A stretch of 64,000 bases of DNA from an uncultured Candidatus Binatia bacterium (lineage in GTDB: Bacteria > Desulfobacterota > Binatia > DP-6). Position 1 is the first letter of the stretch. Each line of letters starts with the position of its first letter. The notes beneath the pieces are model-generated. The model saw only the letters and a program-made list of their open reading frames with translations, ran no database searches and was not told the origin of the DNA. Below are positions 18,894 through 28,294 of the stretch, one piece after another. A program made the translations under genes and the position numbers. The DNA lies in contig CAZUDO010000058.1 of the NCBI GenBank assembly GCA_964618895.1, positions 46,082-110,081 of the forward strand, in the 5' to 3' direction.

Positions 18894-21656
18894 TCAGGAG
18901 CACCCGCTGGTGGCGCCGCAGTTGAGGCACTTGTAGCAGCTGCCGTTGCGCACCATGAGCGCCCCGCAGTCGGAACAGCTGGGGGCGTCCGCCTGCGGAC
19001 TGAACGTGACCTGCGTGGGGGCGCCCGCGTCGACCACCGCCACCTCGCGCGCCGACCCCACGACGCGGGCCGGCTCATCGCGCTCCACGATCCCGATCAA
19101 GGCGCGCGCCTCGCCGCCGAGGAAGCGGGAGCCGAGGAAGCGGAAGAGGTAGTCGATGAGCGACTTCGCCATCGGGATGTCGGGATTCTTCGTGAATCCC
19201 GACGGCTCGAAGCGCACGTGACTGAACTTCGAGACCAACACCTCGAGCGGGACACCGAACTGGAGGGCCATCGAGGTGAGCACCCCGATGCTGTCCATCA
19301 GACCGGAGATGGTGCTCCCTTCTTTGGCCATCTTGATGAAGATCTCGCCCGGGGTCCCGTCCTCGTAGAAGCCGACATGGATATACCCCTCGTGCCCCGC
19401 GACATCGAACTTGTGGCACAAGGCCTGGCGATCGGCGGGTAGCCGGCGGCGTACGGGCCGCGCGGCCACGTGTTCACCATGCGCCACGGCCTCGGTGCCG
19501 GGCCGAGTCGTGTTGAGCGGCTGCACCTTCTTGCACCCGTCACGGTAGACGGCGACCGCCTTGAGTCCGAGCTTCCAGGCCTGGATGTAGGCGTCCTCGA
19601 TTTCCTCCACGGTGGCGTGCTCGGGCACGTTGATGGTCTTGGAGATGGCCCCCGAGATGAAGGGCTGCACGGCGCCCATCATGCGGATGTGCCCGAGCGG
19701 GTGGATCGTGCGCATGCCGCGGGCGGGCTTGAACGCACAGTCGAACACCGCGAGGTGCTCCGGATGGAGCCCGGGCGCCCCCTCGATCGTGTCATGCTCG
19801 TCGAGATACTCGACCAGCGCCTGGGTCTCCTTCGAATCGTAGCCCAGCCGCTTGAGAGCGCGGGGAACAGTATTGTTCACGATCTTGAGGATGCCGCCCC
19901 CCACCAGCTTCTTGTACTTGACCAGCGCGATGTCCGGCTCCACCCCGGTCGTATCGCAATCCATCATGAAGGCGATGGTCCCCGTGGGCGCAAGCACGGT
20001 CACCTGCGAGTTACGCACCCCGTGCGCCCGCCCCATGGCCAACGCTTCGTCCCACACATCGCGCGCCGCGGCCAGGAGGTCGAGCGGTACGAGCGCGGAA
20101 TCGAGCTTGTAGGCGTAGCTCCGGTGCTTCTCGATGACGCGCAACTGGGGATCGCGGTTGCGTGCGAAACCATCGTACGGGCCGAGGGCACTCGCCACCA
20201 CCCCTGACTGGCGGTAGGCCTCCCCACTCATGAGGGCCGTCACCGCCGCCGCGTACTGACGGCCGGCGTCGGAGTCGTAGGGGATGCCGAACGACATCAG
20301 CAGCGCCCCCAGGTTGGCGTACCCGAGCCCGAGCTCGCGGTAGGCGTGCGCGGTGGTGGCGATCTCCGGCGTCGGATAGCTGGAGCGATCGATGATGATG
20401 TCCTGCGCCGTGATGAGGAGACTGACCGCGTGCCGGAACCCGGCCACGTCGAACGCGCCGTTCGCCTCCGCGAACCGCGTGAGGTTGAGGCTCGCCAGGT
20501 TGCAGGCGCTGTCGTCGAGGTGCATGTACTCCGAGCACGGATTGGAGGCGTTGATCCGGCCGGTATTCGGGCACGTGTGCCAATCGTTGATGGTGGTGTC
20601 GAATTGCATGCCCGGGTCGCCACACTGATGCGTGGCTTCGGCGATCATGCGGAGCAGCTCCCGCGCCGGCCGCGTCTCCGCCACCTCGCCGCTGGTCACG
20701 AAACGCGTGCTCCACGGTCGCCCTTCGAGGGCGGCGCGCATGAATTCATCGGTGACCCGGACGGAGTTGTTGGCGTTCTGGAAGAAGATCGAGCTGTACG
20801 CGGGCCCGTCGAGCGACGAATCGTACCCCGCCGCCACCAGCGCCCACGCCTTCCGTTCCTCGTTGGCCTTGCAGCGGATGAAGTCGATGATGTCCGGATG
20901 CTCGACGTTGAGCACGACCATCTTGGCGGCGCGCCGCGTCTTGCCGCCCGACTTGATGACGCCCGCCGAGGCGTCGGCCGCCCGCATGAAGGACACCGGA
21001 CCCGAGGCGGTTCCGCCGCCGGCGAGCCGCTCCTTCGCCGACCGCACGCGCGAGAGGTTGACGCCCGACCCCGAACCACCTTTGAAAATTACCCCCTCTT
21101 TGCGGTACCAGTCGAGGATCGAATCCATCCGGTCCTCGACGGAGAGGATGAAGCAGGCCGAACACTGCGGCGTGGGCTCGATACCCATGTTGAACCACAC
21201 GGGGCTGTTGAAGGAGGCTTTCTGCTGCACGAGGATGTGAGTCAGCTCGTCGGCGAAGTTCTGGCGGTCGGCTGGGGTGGCGAAGTAGCCCTGCGCATCA
21301 CCCCACTCGGACAGCGTACCCACCACCCGACCGATCAGCTGCCGGACGCTGCGCTCCCGGATCGGGGTCCCGAGCGGGCCGCGGAAGTACTTCGACACCA
21401 CGACGTTGGTGGCGAGTTGCGACCACGGTTTCGGCACCTCGACGTCGCGCTGCTCGAACACGACCTCGCCGCTCTCACCCGAAATCACGGCGGCACGCGT
21501 CTCCCACTCGACCTCGTCGAACGGATTGGTGCCTGGCGGCACGAAGCGGCGGGCGATCGTGAGACCGTTGCGCCGCGGGCGCGCCTCCGGCGTCTCCCCG
21601 CCCACCACCGCCTCCGTCCCATGGTCCTGTGCCCGGTCTGTAGCCATCGTCGTCAT
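18894..21656 (-). CDS. nrdJ: Adenosylcobalamin-dependent ribonucleoside-diphosphate reductase (class II)
   Basis: 920 aa. RNR active-site region (NPCSEY…) and a C-terminal CxxC…CxxC zinc-ribbon-like tail. Confidence 0.9.
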   Translation of the reverse strand: MTTMATDRAQDHGTEAVVGGETPEARPRRNGLTIARRFVPPGTNPFDEVEWETRAAVISGESGEVVFEQRDVEVPKPWSQLATNVVVSKYFRGPLGTPIRERSVRQLIGRVVGTLSEWGDAQGYFATPADRQNFADELTHILVQQKASFNSPVWFNMGIEPTPQCSACFILSVEDRMDSILDWYRKEGVIFKGGSGSGVNLSRVRSAKERLAGGGTASGPVSFMRAADASAGVIKSGGKTRRAAKMVVLNVEHPDIIDFIRCKANEERKAWALVAAGYDSSLDGPAYSSIFFQNANNSVRVTDEFMRAALEGRPWSTRFVTSGEVAETRPARELLRMIAEATHQCGDPGMQFDTTINDWHTCPNTGRINASNPCSEYMHLDDSACNLASLNLTRFAEANGAFDVAGFRHAVSLLITAQDIIIDRSSYPTPEIATTAHAYRELGLGYANLGALLMSFGIPYDSDAGRQYAAAVTALMSGEAYRQSGVVASALGPYDGFARNRDPQLRVIEKHRSYAYKLDSALVPLDLLAAARDVWDEALAMGRAHGVRNSQVTVLAPTGTIAFMMDCDTTGVEPDIALVKYKKLVGGGILKIVNNTVPRALKRLGYDSKETQALVEYLDEHDTIEGAPGLHPEHLAVFDCAFKPARGMRTIHPLGHIRMMGAVQPFISGAISKTINVPEHATVEEIEDAYIQAWKLGLKAVAVYRDGCKKVQPLNTTRPGTEAVAHGEHVAARPVRRRLPADRQALCHKFDVAGHEGYIHVGFYEDGTPGEIFIKMAKEGSTISGLMDSIGVLTSMALQFGVPLEVLVSKFSHVRFEPSGFTKNPDIPMAKSLIDYLFRFLGSRFLGGEARALIGIVERDEPARVVGSAREVAVVDAGAPTQVTFSPQADAPSCSDCGALMVRNGSCYKCLNCGATSGCS

Positions 21657-21778
21657 GTCCCCCCCCCCGCTCCCTCCCGGCGTTCATCCCCGGATCTTGA
21701 GGTGCCGGCGGACATACACCACTACATCTTGTGCTGTCAAGATCGTTCCGTCCAATGGGCGCGGAGCGCGAGCGCACC

Positions 21779-22093
21779 ATGACGCCGACTCGTCTCGGCG
21801 ACGTGCTGCGCGTGGCGCTGGCGCGTCTGCCACACGCCCAACAGCTCGCCGACTATGCGCTGTGGGCCAAATGGGACGCCGTCGTCGGCCCCACGCTGGC
21901 GGCGCACGCGCAGCCGCGGCGCCTGCGACGCGGCATCCTGCTGGTCGCCGTCGATAGCTCGGCGTGGATGCTCGAGCTGCAGTTCTTGAAGCAGGACCTC
22001 ACCCAGCGACTGAACGCGGCGCTCGGTCGCCGGGTGGTGCGCGACCTGTTCGTCGTGCTGGGCGGGGATCAGCGGGAGGACGAGCCGCGGTGA
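21779..22093 (+). CDS. DUF721 (DciA-like) domain protein
   Basis: …YALWAKWDAVVGPTLAAHAQPRRLRRGILLVAVDSSAWMLELQFLKQDL… matches the DUF721 core. The start is uncertain, with in-frame candidates at 21731 (GTG) and 21755. Confidence 0.5.
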   Translation: MTPTRLGDVLRVALARLPHAQQLADYALWAKWDAVVGPTLAAHAQPRRLRRGILLVAVDSSAWMLELQFLKQDLTQRLNAALGRRVVRDLFVVLGGDQREDEPR

Positions 22094-22273
22094 CGGGTGT
22101 GGGCGGGTGCCGGCGCGTTCGTGGCCGGCGGGCGGGAGTCCGGGGTCTCCGCTTCGCTCCTCGGCTCGCCGCGCGCACCGCTTCGATTGAGCAGGCATGC
22201 TCGCCTCGTCAAGGCGCTCCGACCCCGGACTCCCGCCCGCCGGCCACGCCGCAGCGCGCTGCGCACGCGCCCC

Positions 22274-23515
22274 CTACTGCGCTACCGCCTCGCCGATCCG
22301 CCCATCCTCTTGTGGGGGGAAGCGGTAGTGTTCGCGCGTCGTGTTGGTGACGGCGTAGGCGACCAGGGCGGCGATGTCGAGCGGGGCTTCGGCCGCGGCC
22401 ACCTCGGCAGGCTGGGCCCGGGTGGCCGGGTGGCGGGGAACGAAGAGCTGGCAGCAGTCCTGGTCGGGGAGGATCGACGTGTCGTAGGTGCCGATGCGGC
22501 CAGCTTGGGTGGTGATCTCGTCCTTGTCGGTCCCGATCAGCGGACGGAGGACGGGGAGCGTCGCGACCGCGTTGATGACGGTCAGGTTGGGCAGCGTCTG
22601 CGACGCGACCTGCCCGAGGCTGTCCCCGGTGACGAGTGCCTGGGCGCCGCGGCGCTGGGCCAGCGTCTCGGCGATGCGGAGCATCATGCGGCGATAGAGT
22701 ACGACCCGCAGCGGACGGCGGACAGCCGCCACGATCTGCCGCTGCACCTCGCCGAACGGCACCAGGAAGAGATCGGCCTCGCCCTGCCACTCGACCAAGA
22801 GGCCCGCCAGCGTGCGCGCCTTGTCCTGACTGGTGCGGTCGAGGAACGGCTCGCTATGGAAGTGTACGAAGTCGACCCGGCAGCCCCGGCGCATCATACG
22901 CCAGGCGGCGACCGGCGAGTCGATCCCGCCCGACAGCAGCGCCAGCACACGCCCGCTCGTGCCGGCCGGCAGCCCGCCCGCGCCGATGCCCTTCTCGACC
23001 GAGAAGAACGCGCGCCCGGGAAGCACATCGACGGTGATGGTCACCACCCCGTGCTCGAGATCCACCCGTGCGCCGGTGGCAGCCTGGATGGCCGCCCCCA
23101 GGCGTGCGTTCACCTCCGGCGAGGTGAGCGGAAAGCCCTTGTCGCTCCGCTTGGTGAACACCCGGAAGCTCGGCACCGTGAGGCCGGCGAGTTGCTCCAG
23201 GACGGCGTGCCCCAGCCGATCGACGGCGGCGGTCGCCGCGGCCGGCCCATCGCCCGCGAGCGGCTGCTCGTACGCGAGTGCGAAGTTCGCCAGGCCGAAG
23301 ACCCGGCTGAGCCGGCGGCGCAGCTCCGGCCAGGCCGCCGGATCGTACAACGGCACGAGCAGGCGCGCCGAGGCACGGCCGATCGGCCCGACCGGCAGCC
23401 CTGCGGTCACGCGCGCCACGTAGGCGGCGAGCTGGCGAACGAAGTACGGACGGTTGCGCCCCTTGAGCGTGATCTCGTGGTAGCGCAACACGACCACGCA
23501 ACTCGCGGTCGGCAT
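22274..23515 (-). CDS. thiI: tRNA uracil 4-sulfurtransferase ThiI
   Basis: 413 aa from MPTASCVVVLRYHEITLKGRNR (THUMP domain) followed by a PP-loop SGGIDS. Confidence 0.85.
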   Translation of the reverse strand: MPTASCVVVLRYHEITLKGRNRPYFVRQLAAYVARVTAGLPVGPIGRASARLLVPLYDPAAWPELRRRLSRVFGLANFALAYEQPLAGDGPAAATAAVDRLGHAVLEQLAGLTVPSFRVFTKRSDKGFPLTSPEVNARLGAAIQAATGARVDLEHGVVTITVDVLPGRAFFSVEKGIGAGGLPAGTSGRVLALLSGGIDSPVAAWRMMRRGCRVDFVHFHSEPFLDRTSQDKARTLAGLLVEWQGEADLFLVPFGEVQRQIVAAVRRPLRVVLYRRMMLRIAETLAQRRGAQALVTGDSLGQVASQTLPNLTVINAVATLPVLRPLIGTDKDEITTQAGRIGTYDTSILPDQDCCQLFVPRHPATRAQPAEVAAAEAPLDIAALVAYAVTNTTREHYRFPPQEDGRIGEAVAQ

Positions 23516-23600
23516 CGGTTCTGTGTAGCACAGCCTCTGCCCGGTGCCATCCGCGCCTTTGCGCGCGTCGGCGCCGATGCTAGGGTCGTCCGGCATCCCG

Positions 23601-24209
23601 ATGGGCACGATGGAAGAGGTGGTCCGCATCCTGGCGCACGCGCTCGCCGCACGCGCTCGCCGCACGCTCGACGAGTCCGCCAAGACCCGCGCCGCCGTCC
23701 TCGTTCCTCTGCTGGCGGTCGACGACGCACCCCACGTGCTCTTCACGCGGCGCGCCAATGACCTTCCGCACCACCGCGGCGAGGTTGCGTTCCCCGGCGG
23801 AAGTCATCATCCCGGCGACGACGCCGACCTGTCGTTCACGGCGCTCCGTGAATCGCACGAAGAGATCGGCCTCGCGCCCGGCGACGTCCGGCTGCTCGGT
23901 GCCCTGGATGACATCGAAACCATGGCCTCCCGTTTCGTGATCACCCCCTTCGTGGGGGTCGTCCCGTACCCCTATCCCTGGCGCCCGTGTGCGGACGAGG
24001 TCGACACCATCTTCACCGTGCCGCTGCACGTGCTCCACACCCCGTCCACGCTGCAACGTGAGACCTGGGATTTCGGCGGTCGCATGCTCCCCGTCGACAC
24101 CTACCGCGTGCACGGGCAGGTCATCTGGGGCGCCACGCACCGCATCACGCGCAACCTCCTCTCCCTCCTCGACACGCCGGCTCACCCTGCGCCGGGGGCG
24201 AGCACCTGA
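23601..24209 (+). CDS. NUDIX hydrolase, CoA pyrophosphatase-like
   Basis: NudL-type signature (…LFTRRANDLPHHRGEVAFPGGSHHPGDD…) and a Nudix box (ALRESHEEIGL). The start is uncertain, with an upstream ATG at 23544. Confidence 0.7.
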   Translation: MGTMEEVVRILAHALAARARRTLDESAKTRAAVLVPLLAVDDAPHVLFTRRANDLPHHRGEVAFPGGSHHPGDDADLSFTALRESHEEIGLAPGDVRLLGALDDIETMASRFVITPFVGVVPYPYPWRPCADEVDTIFTVPLHVLHTPSTLQRETWDFGGRMLPVDTYRVHGQVIWGATHRITRNLLSLLDTPAHPAPGAST

Positions 24210-24210
24210 C

Positions 24211-25554
24211 GTGTGGCGCCTGCTCCTCCTGCTGGTCGTGGCCGGGCTCGGGGTGATCGCCCTGTATGCCGAGCCCTTCGCACCGACCGTGACCCTCGAG
24301 ACTCCCGTCGACACCGTCGGACGAGGTACCACGCTACGCGTGGTGGCCCGCGATCGCGGCTCGGGCCTGGCGCACATCGAATTGCGGCTCGTGCCCGAGG
24401 GCAGTGCCCCGGTCGTGGTCGCCGAAGAGCACTTTCCGCGCCGCTCCTGGCGCGGAAGCGGCGTCCACGAGACCACGATCACCCCAACCCTCGACCTGAG
24501 CGCCGCCAAAGTCCCCGAAGGACGGGCGACCCTCGAGCTCCGCGTCGCGGACCACTCGTGGCTGGCCGGCCTGCGTCGCAAGCCGCAACTCACGCACCCC
24601 GTCACCATCGACCTGACTCCGCCGACGCTCGAGATCCCTCCGACCGAGCACGTCGCACGCTTGGGGGGCGCGGAATGCGTGGTCTACAAGGTCGGGCCGG
24701 ACACCGTTCGCACGGGCGTCGAAGTGGGACCCCGCTTCTTCCCCGCCACTGCCGGGCTGTTCGCCGACCCGGCGCTGCGGGTGGCACTGTTCGCCCTGCC
24801 GCCAGACACCCCCGAGGCGCAACCCACGGTCGTGGTGAGCGATCAGGTGGGGAACACGCGGCGGCTCACGTTCGGGGTCACCGTCACCCCGCGCCGTTTC
24901 GCCGACAAGATCATGCCCCTCAGCGACGACTTCCTGGCCCGCAAGGTTCCCGAACTCCTGCAGGCCAACGAGCTCGAGACGAGCGGCGATCTCGTCACCG
25001 GCTACCTGCGGATCAACCGGGACCTGCGCGCCACCAGCGAAGCCCGACTGCGTGAGATGTGCCGCGAGACTGCCTCCACCCCGCGCTGGGAAGGTTCGTT
25101 CCATCGCCTCCCCAACGCCGCACCCCTGTCCGGGTTCGCCGACCACCGCACCTACGTCTACGGCGGCAAGACGGTCGACGAACAGACCCACCTCGGTTTC
25201 GACCTCGCCTCCATTCGCGGCAGCGCGGTACCCGCCGGCAATCGCGGCCGGGTGGTCTTCGCGGGCCCGCTCGGCATCTACGGCAACACCGTCGTCCTGG
25301 ACCACGGCCTTGGGCTGTTCTCGCTCTACGGGCACCTGAGCACCATGCAGGTGACGGCAGGCGCCGATGTTGCACGCGGCGACATGCTCGGGAACACCGG
25401 GGACACGGGGCTCGCCGCAGGTGACCACCTGCATTTCAGCACCATGATCCATGGCGTGCACGTCGACCCGGTCGAATGGTGGGACGCGCATTGGATCCGC
25501 GACCATGTCGAGTCGCGCCTGAACGCCTACCCGCGCTCCGGAGGCGCTTCGTGA
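24211..25554 (+). CDS. M23 family metallopeptidase (peptidoglycan DD-endopeptidase-like)
   Basis: N-terminal TM/signal. The C-terminal LytM domain has HxxxD (HLGFD) and H-x-H (GDHLHFSTMIHGVHVDP). Confidence 0.8.
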   Translation: MWRLLLLLVVAGLGVIALYAEPFAPTVTLETPVDTVGRGTTLRVVARDRGSGLAHIELRLVPEGSAPVVVAEEHFPRRSWRGSGVHETTITPTLDLSAAKVPEGRATLELRVADHSWLAGLRRKPQLTHPVTIDLTPPTLEIPPTEHVARLGGAECVVYKVGPDTVRTGVEVGPRFFPATAGLFADPALRVALFALPPDTPEAQPTVVVSDQVGNTRRLTFGVTVTPRRFADKIMPLSDDFLARKVPELLQANELETSGDLVTGYLRINRDLRATSEARLREMCRETASTPRWEGSFHRLPNAAPLSGFADHRTYVYGGKTVDEQTHLGFDLASIRGSAVPAGNRGRVVFAGPLGIYGNTVVLDHGLGLFSLYGHLSTMQVTAGADVARGDMLGNTGDTGLAAGDHLHFSTMIHGVHVDPVEWWDAHWIRDHVESRLNAYPRSGGAS

Positions 25555-26756
25555 GCGATCGGCAGGTGGCCGCCGCGGGCGAGCTGGTGGCCCTCGGCGT
25601 CGATCCCGCCACCTTGTCGACCGACCCGGTGCCGGACGCTACCGTCGCGACGCTGCGCACCCTCGTGGCGGGCCCCGATGGCGTCGCTGTCGCCAACGCC
25701 CTGGGTGCCCTCGACGCACCGTCCGTCCCCGCGCTGCTCCTGGCGCTCGAGCCGCACGCTACCCGCGTCGGGCACCGGGCCATCCGGCGTGCGCTCTACC
25801 GGCTCGCCCAGCGCAAGGTGGCAATCCCCGAGCGTCCACCCTCGCCTGCCCCCGGGCGCGCGGGCGCCCCCGCTCTGGAGGCGTTGCTCTCCCCCTTCGA
25901 CCGCGACGGCGATCGGCTGATCTGGCTCATGCGCGAGCTCCCGCTCGGGGGCTCGCTGGTCGCCTACGCGCACGTCCACGAGCCGCGCGGGCTGCTCGAG
26001 TTCTCTGCGGGCGAGGTGGGACGCAAGCGCCTGCGCGAGCTCCGTCGCCGCATGACGGCGGACCACGGCCTCGCCCTCGTCCCGGTCGACTGGCGGATCG
26101 CCGACGCCCTGCTCGTCGAGGCACAGGCCCGGCTGGAGAAACCGGACTCCCGCCACGACTACCTCCGCGTCCGCCCGCGCTTCACGACCGCCGAGCCGGC
26201 GGCGCCGGCAGAGCCCGTGTCGGCGCGCGTCACCCCGCTCGACGACGCCGAGCGCAGCGCGCTGGTCGCCGCATCCGCGGCGCTGCTGGAGGAGCCCGAG
26301 GTCCGGGCGTGGTGGCCCGCCGAGAGCGACGCGCGCCCGTTCATCGCCGAGATGGAAGCCGTCCGAGAAAGCCCGCTCCTGGTGAGCCGGGCCGCCCAGG
26401 AGGAGCGCCTGCGGGAGATTCTACGCCGGGCGGCACAAACCCTCACGCCGCCCACCGTACTGGCCCGCCGGCTCGACGGCACCGCCTACGTGCTCGCCGA
26501 ATCGGGCCGGGTCCCGGCGGCCCGTCTGGCGATGGCCGTCGCCGTGACGCTGCACGAGCAACCCGACGACGCCGCCGACATCCCCGTCGTCGCCCTCCTC
26601 ACCGAGCGCGCGCTCGGACAGATGCTCGCCACCGACACCGCCCAGCACGACGAGGCGCAGCGCGGCTCGCTGGTGGTTACGCCGGCGCAGTTCCTGCGCG
26701 ACCACGCCGCGGCTAGAGATCAATCGTCATCCCATCCCGGGCGCACTCGAAGCTGA
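25551..26756 (+). CDS. Hypothetical protein, translationally coupled to the M23 peptidase
   Basis: GTGA start/stop overlap at 25551-25554. About 400 aa, Ala/Arg-rich, with no domain recognised. The C-terminus overlaps the convergent MBL gene by 44 nt. Confidence 0.4.
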   Translation: MSDRQVAAAGELVALGVDPATLSTDPVPDATVATLRTLVAGPDGVAVANALGALDAPSVPALLLALEPHATRVGHRAIRRALYRLAQRKVAIPERPPSPAPGRAGAPALEALLSPFDRDGDRLIWLMRELPLGGSLVAYAHVHEPRGLLEFSAGEVGRKRLRELRRRMTADHGLALVPVDWRIADALLVEAQARLEKPDSRHDYLRVRPRFTTAEPAAPAEPVSARVTPLDDAERSALVAASAALLEEPEVRAWWPAESDARPFIAEMEAVRESPLLVSRAAQEERLREILRRAAQTLTPPTVLARRLDGTAYVLAESGRVPAARLAMAVAVTLHEQPDDAADIPVVALLTERALGQMLATDTAQHDEAQRGSLVVTPAQFLRDHAAARDQSSSHPGRTRS

Positions 26757-27453
26757 TCTCGGCCAGGCGGCCGAGGGGTTCGCTCCCGAGGTGCGTCAAA
26801 ACCAGGCGCCGGCAGCCGAAGTCCCGTGCCCGCTGGGCGATCTCGCGGTACGACAGATGGAAGTCGGGCATGCGCGGCTCGAAGGTCGAGCACTCGCACA
26901 GGAAGAGATCGACGCCGCGCGCCCGGGTGACGAATTCCTCCGTCCAGCCCGAGTCGCCGGAGTAGAGCACGCTCCGCCCCGCCACCTCGACCCGATACCC
27001 GAGACAGACCATCTCGCTGGCATGCGGCACCGCGAACGGCAGCACGGTCACGTCCCCGGTGACAAACGCCGTCCCTGGTATCACCTCGATCACGTCGAAC
27101 GGGAACGGCAGCTGCTGCCGCGCGCTGTGCTCGTACAGCGCCTCGAACAACGCCGCGAGGCGCGGCGCGGTGCCCGGTGGGCCATACACCGTCAGCGGGC
27201 GTGTGCGCGGATGCTCGTAGAGGTACTCCATCAGCAGGAAGGGGACGCCGCCGAAGTGGTCGCCATGGAGATGGGAGAGCAGCACGAAGTCGATGGCCGC
27301 CGGGTCGTACCCGTCGCGCTTGAGCGCCTGCAGCACGGTCGGACCACAGTCGAGCAGGAAGGTCGCCGACGGCGCCACCACCAGGTACGCGCTGTGTGCC
27401 CGCCCACCGGAGCCGAAGGCGTCGCCCGAACCGAGCACGACTACCCGGACCAT
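26713..27453 (-). CDS. MBL-fold metallo-hydrolase
   Basis: 246 aa with HxHxDH (HLHGDH) and downstream His/Asp ligands. Confidence 0.8.
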   Translation of the reverse strand: MVRVVVLGSGDAFGSGGRAHSAYLVVAPSATFLLDCGPTVLQALKRDGYDPAAIDFVLLSHLHGDHFGGVPFLLMEYLYEHPRTRPLTVYGPPGTAPRLAALFEALYEHSARQQLPFPFDVIEVIPGTAFVTGDVTVLPFAVPHASEMVCLGYRVEVAGRSVLYSGDSGWTEEFVTRARGVDLFLCECSTFEPRMPDFHLSYREIAQRARDFGCRRLVLTHLGSEPLGRLAEISFECARDGMTIDL

Positions 27454-27647
27454 GATTCAGCCGTCTCCCCGCCGCACAGGGGCGCGCAGCACCGTCATCG
27501 GTTCGTCACTGACGTCCCCGGAACTCTGCGCCATCGACGCCTCCATCAGACACCAGGCCGCGGGCGAACCAATCTCGAGTTCGTGATGGCATGGGCCTTG
27601 CTGCTCCCCTTCTAGTAGAGCCCGCAGTACGTGGCTAGAGGTCGACG

Positions 27648-27962
27648 ATGTTCGAGCTGTTCGCCGGGTTACAAGGGGGGATGTTCGACGAGGGAGCCCG
27701 CCTCCTCCAGGTGAGTCTGGTGGCCGTGGTGGCGGGGCTGCTCGCGGAGGCTCTGGTGGACACCGGCACGCGCGCCCGGGGCATGCCCCTGCTGTGCGGT
27801 CTGACGGGGGTGTGGCTCGGGAACTGGGCGGCGCGCCTCGCGGACTGGAGTCCCGCCCCGCACGTGGCCGACCACGCCCTGCTGCCAGCGCTCCTCGGCA
27901 CCCTCACCGTGGCGGTGTTCGTCAAGCTGGTCGGCCTCGGCATCGTTGGCCCGCAGCGATAG
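27648..27962 (+). CDS. Small membrane protein, possibly of the GlsB/YeaQ/YmgE family
   Basis: 104 aa with two or three TM helices (…LLAEALVDTGTRARGMPLLCGLTGVWLGNW…). AGAGG Shine-Dalgarno upstream. Confidence 0.4.
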   Translation: MFELFAGLQGGMFDEGARLLQVSLVAVVAGLLAEALVDTGTRARGMPLLCGLTGVWLGNWAARLADWSPAPHVADHALLPALLGTLTVAVFVKLVGLGIVGPQR

Positions 27963-27967
27963 AGGGG

Positions 27968-28285
27968 TCAGTCACCGGGCGGCGACGGCGCGCCGCGCTC
28001 TTCGCGCCCCTGGTGCAGCTCCCGGAACCGGCGCTCCAGCTCGGCGAACCCGGCCTCCATCCGGCCCGAGCGCGCCACCACGTCTTCGAGCTGTCGCCCG
28101 AGCTGATCACGCTGCAGCTCGACCTCGCGCAGGCGTCGCTCGAGGTCCTGCACCGCTTCGGTGCGCTTGATGACGAAGTCGCCCGCTCCAGAGTGGACCA
28201 GGTACATCGTGCCGCCGACGCCCAGCACGAAGCCGAGGAGCAGTGCGAACAGAAAACGGATCACACCGGCCATCCATCCCTCCAT
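27968..28285 (-). CDS. Hypothetical membrane-anchored coiled-coil protein
   Basis: 105 aa with an N-terminal TM segment (VIRFLFALLLGFVLGVGGTMYLV) followed by a coiled coil. Confidence 0.4.
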   Translation of the reverse strand: MEGWMAGVIRFLFALLLGFVLGVGGTMYLVHSGAGDFVIKRTEAVQDLERRLREVELQRDQLGRQLEDVVARSGRMEAGFAELERRFRELHQGREERGAPSPPGD

Positions 28286-28294
28286 GATCGGGTC

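Noticed and set aside
21712-21733. NrdR box call upstream of nrdJ
   Set aside because: Only a partial palindrome, CAC-N8-GTG with some inner symmetry, and it is 2 nt short of the 16-bp consensus. It is kept as a low-confidence finding rather than a feature.
24213-25055. 280-aa Arg/Gly-rich plus-strand ORF
   Set aside because: Alternative frame of the M23 peptidase gene. The peptidase frame has LytM motifs.
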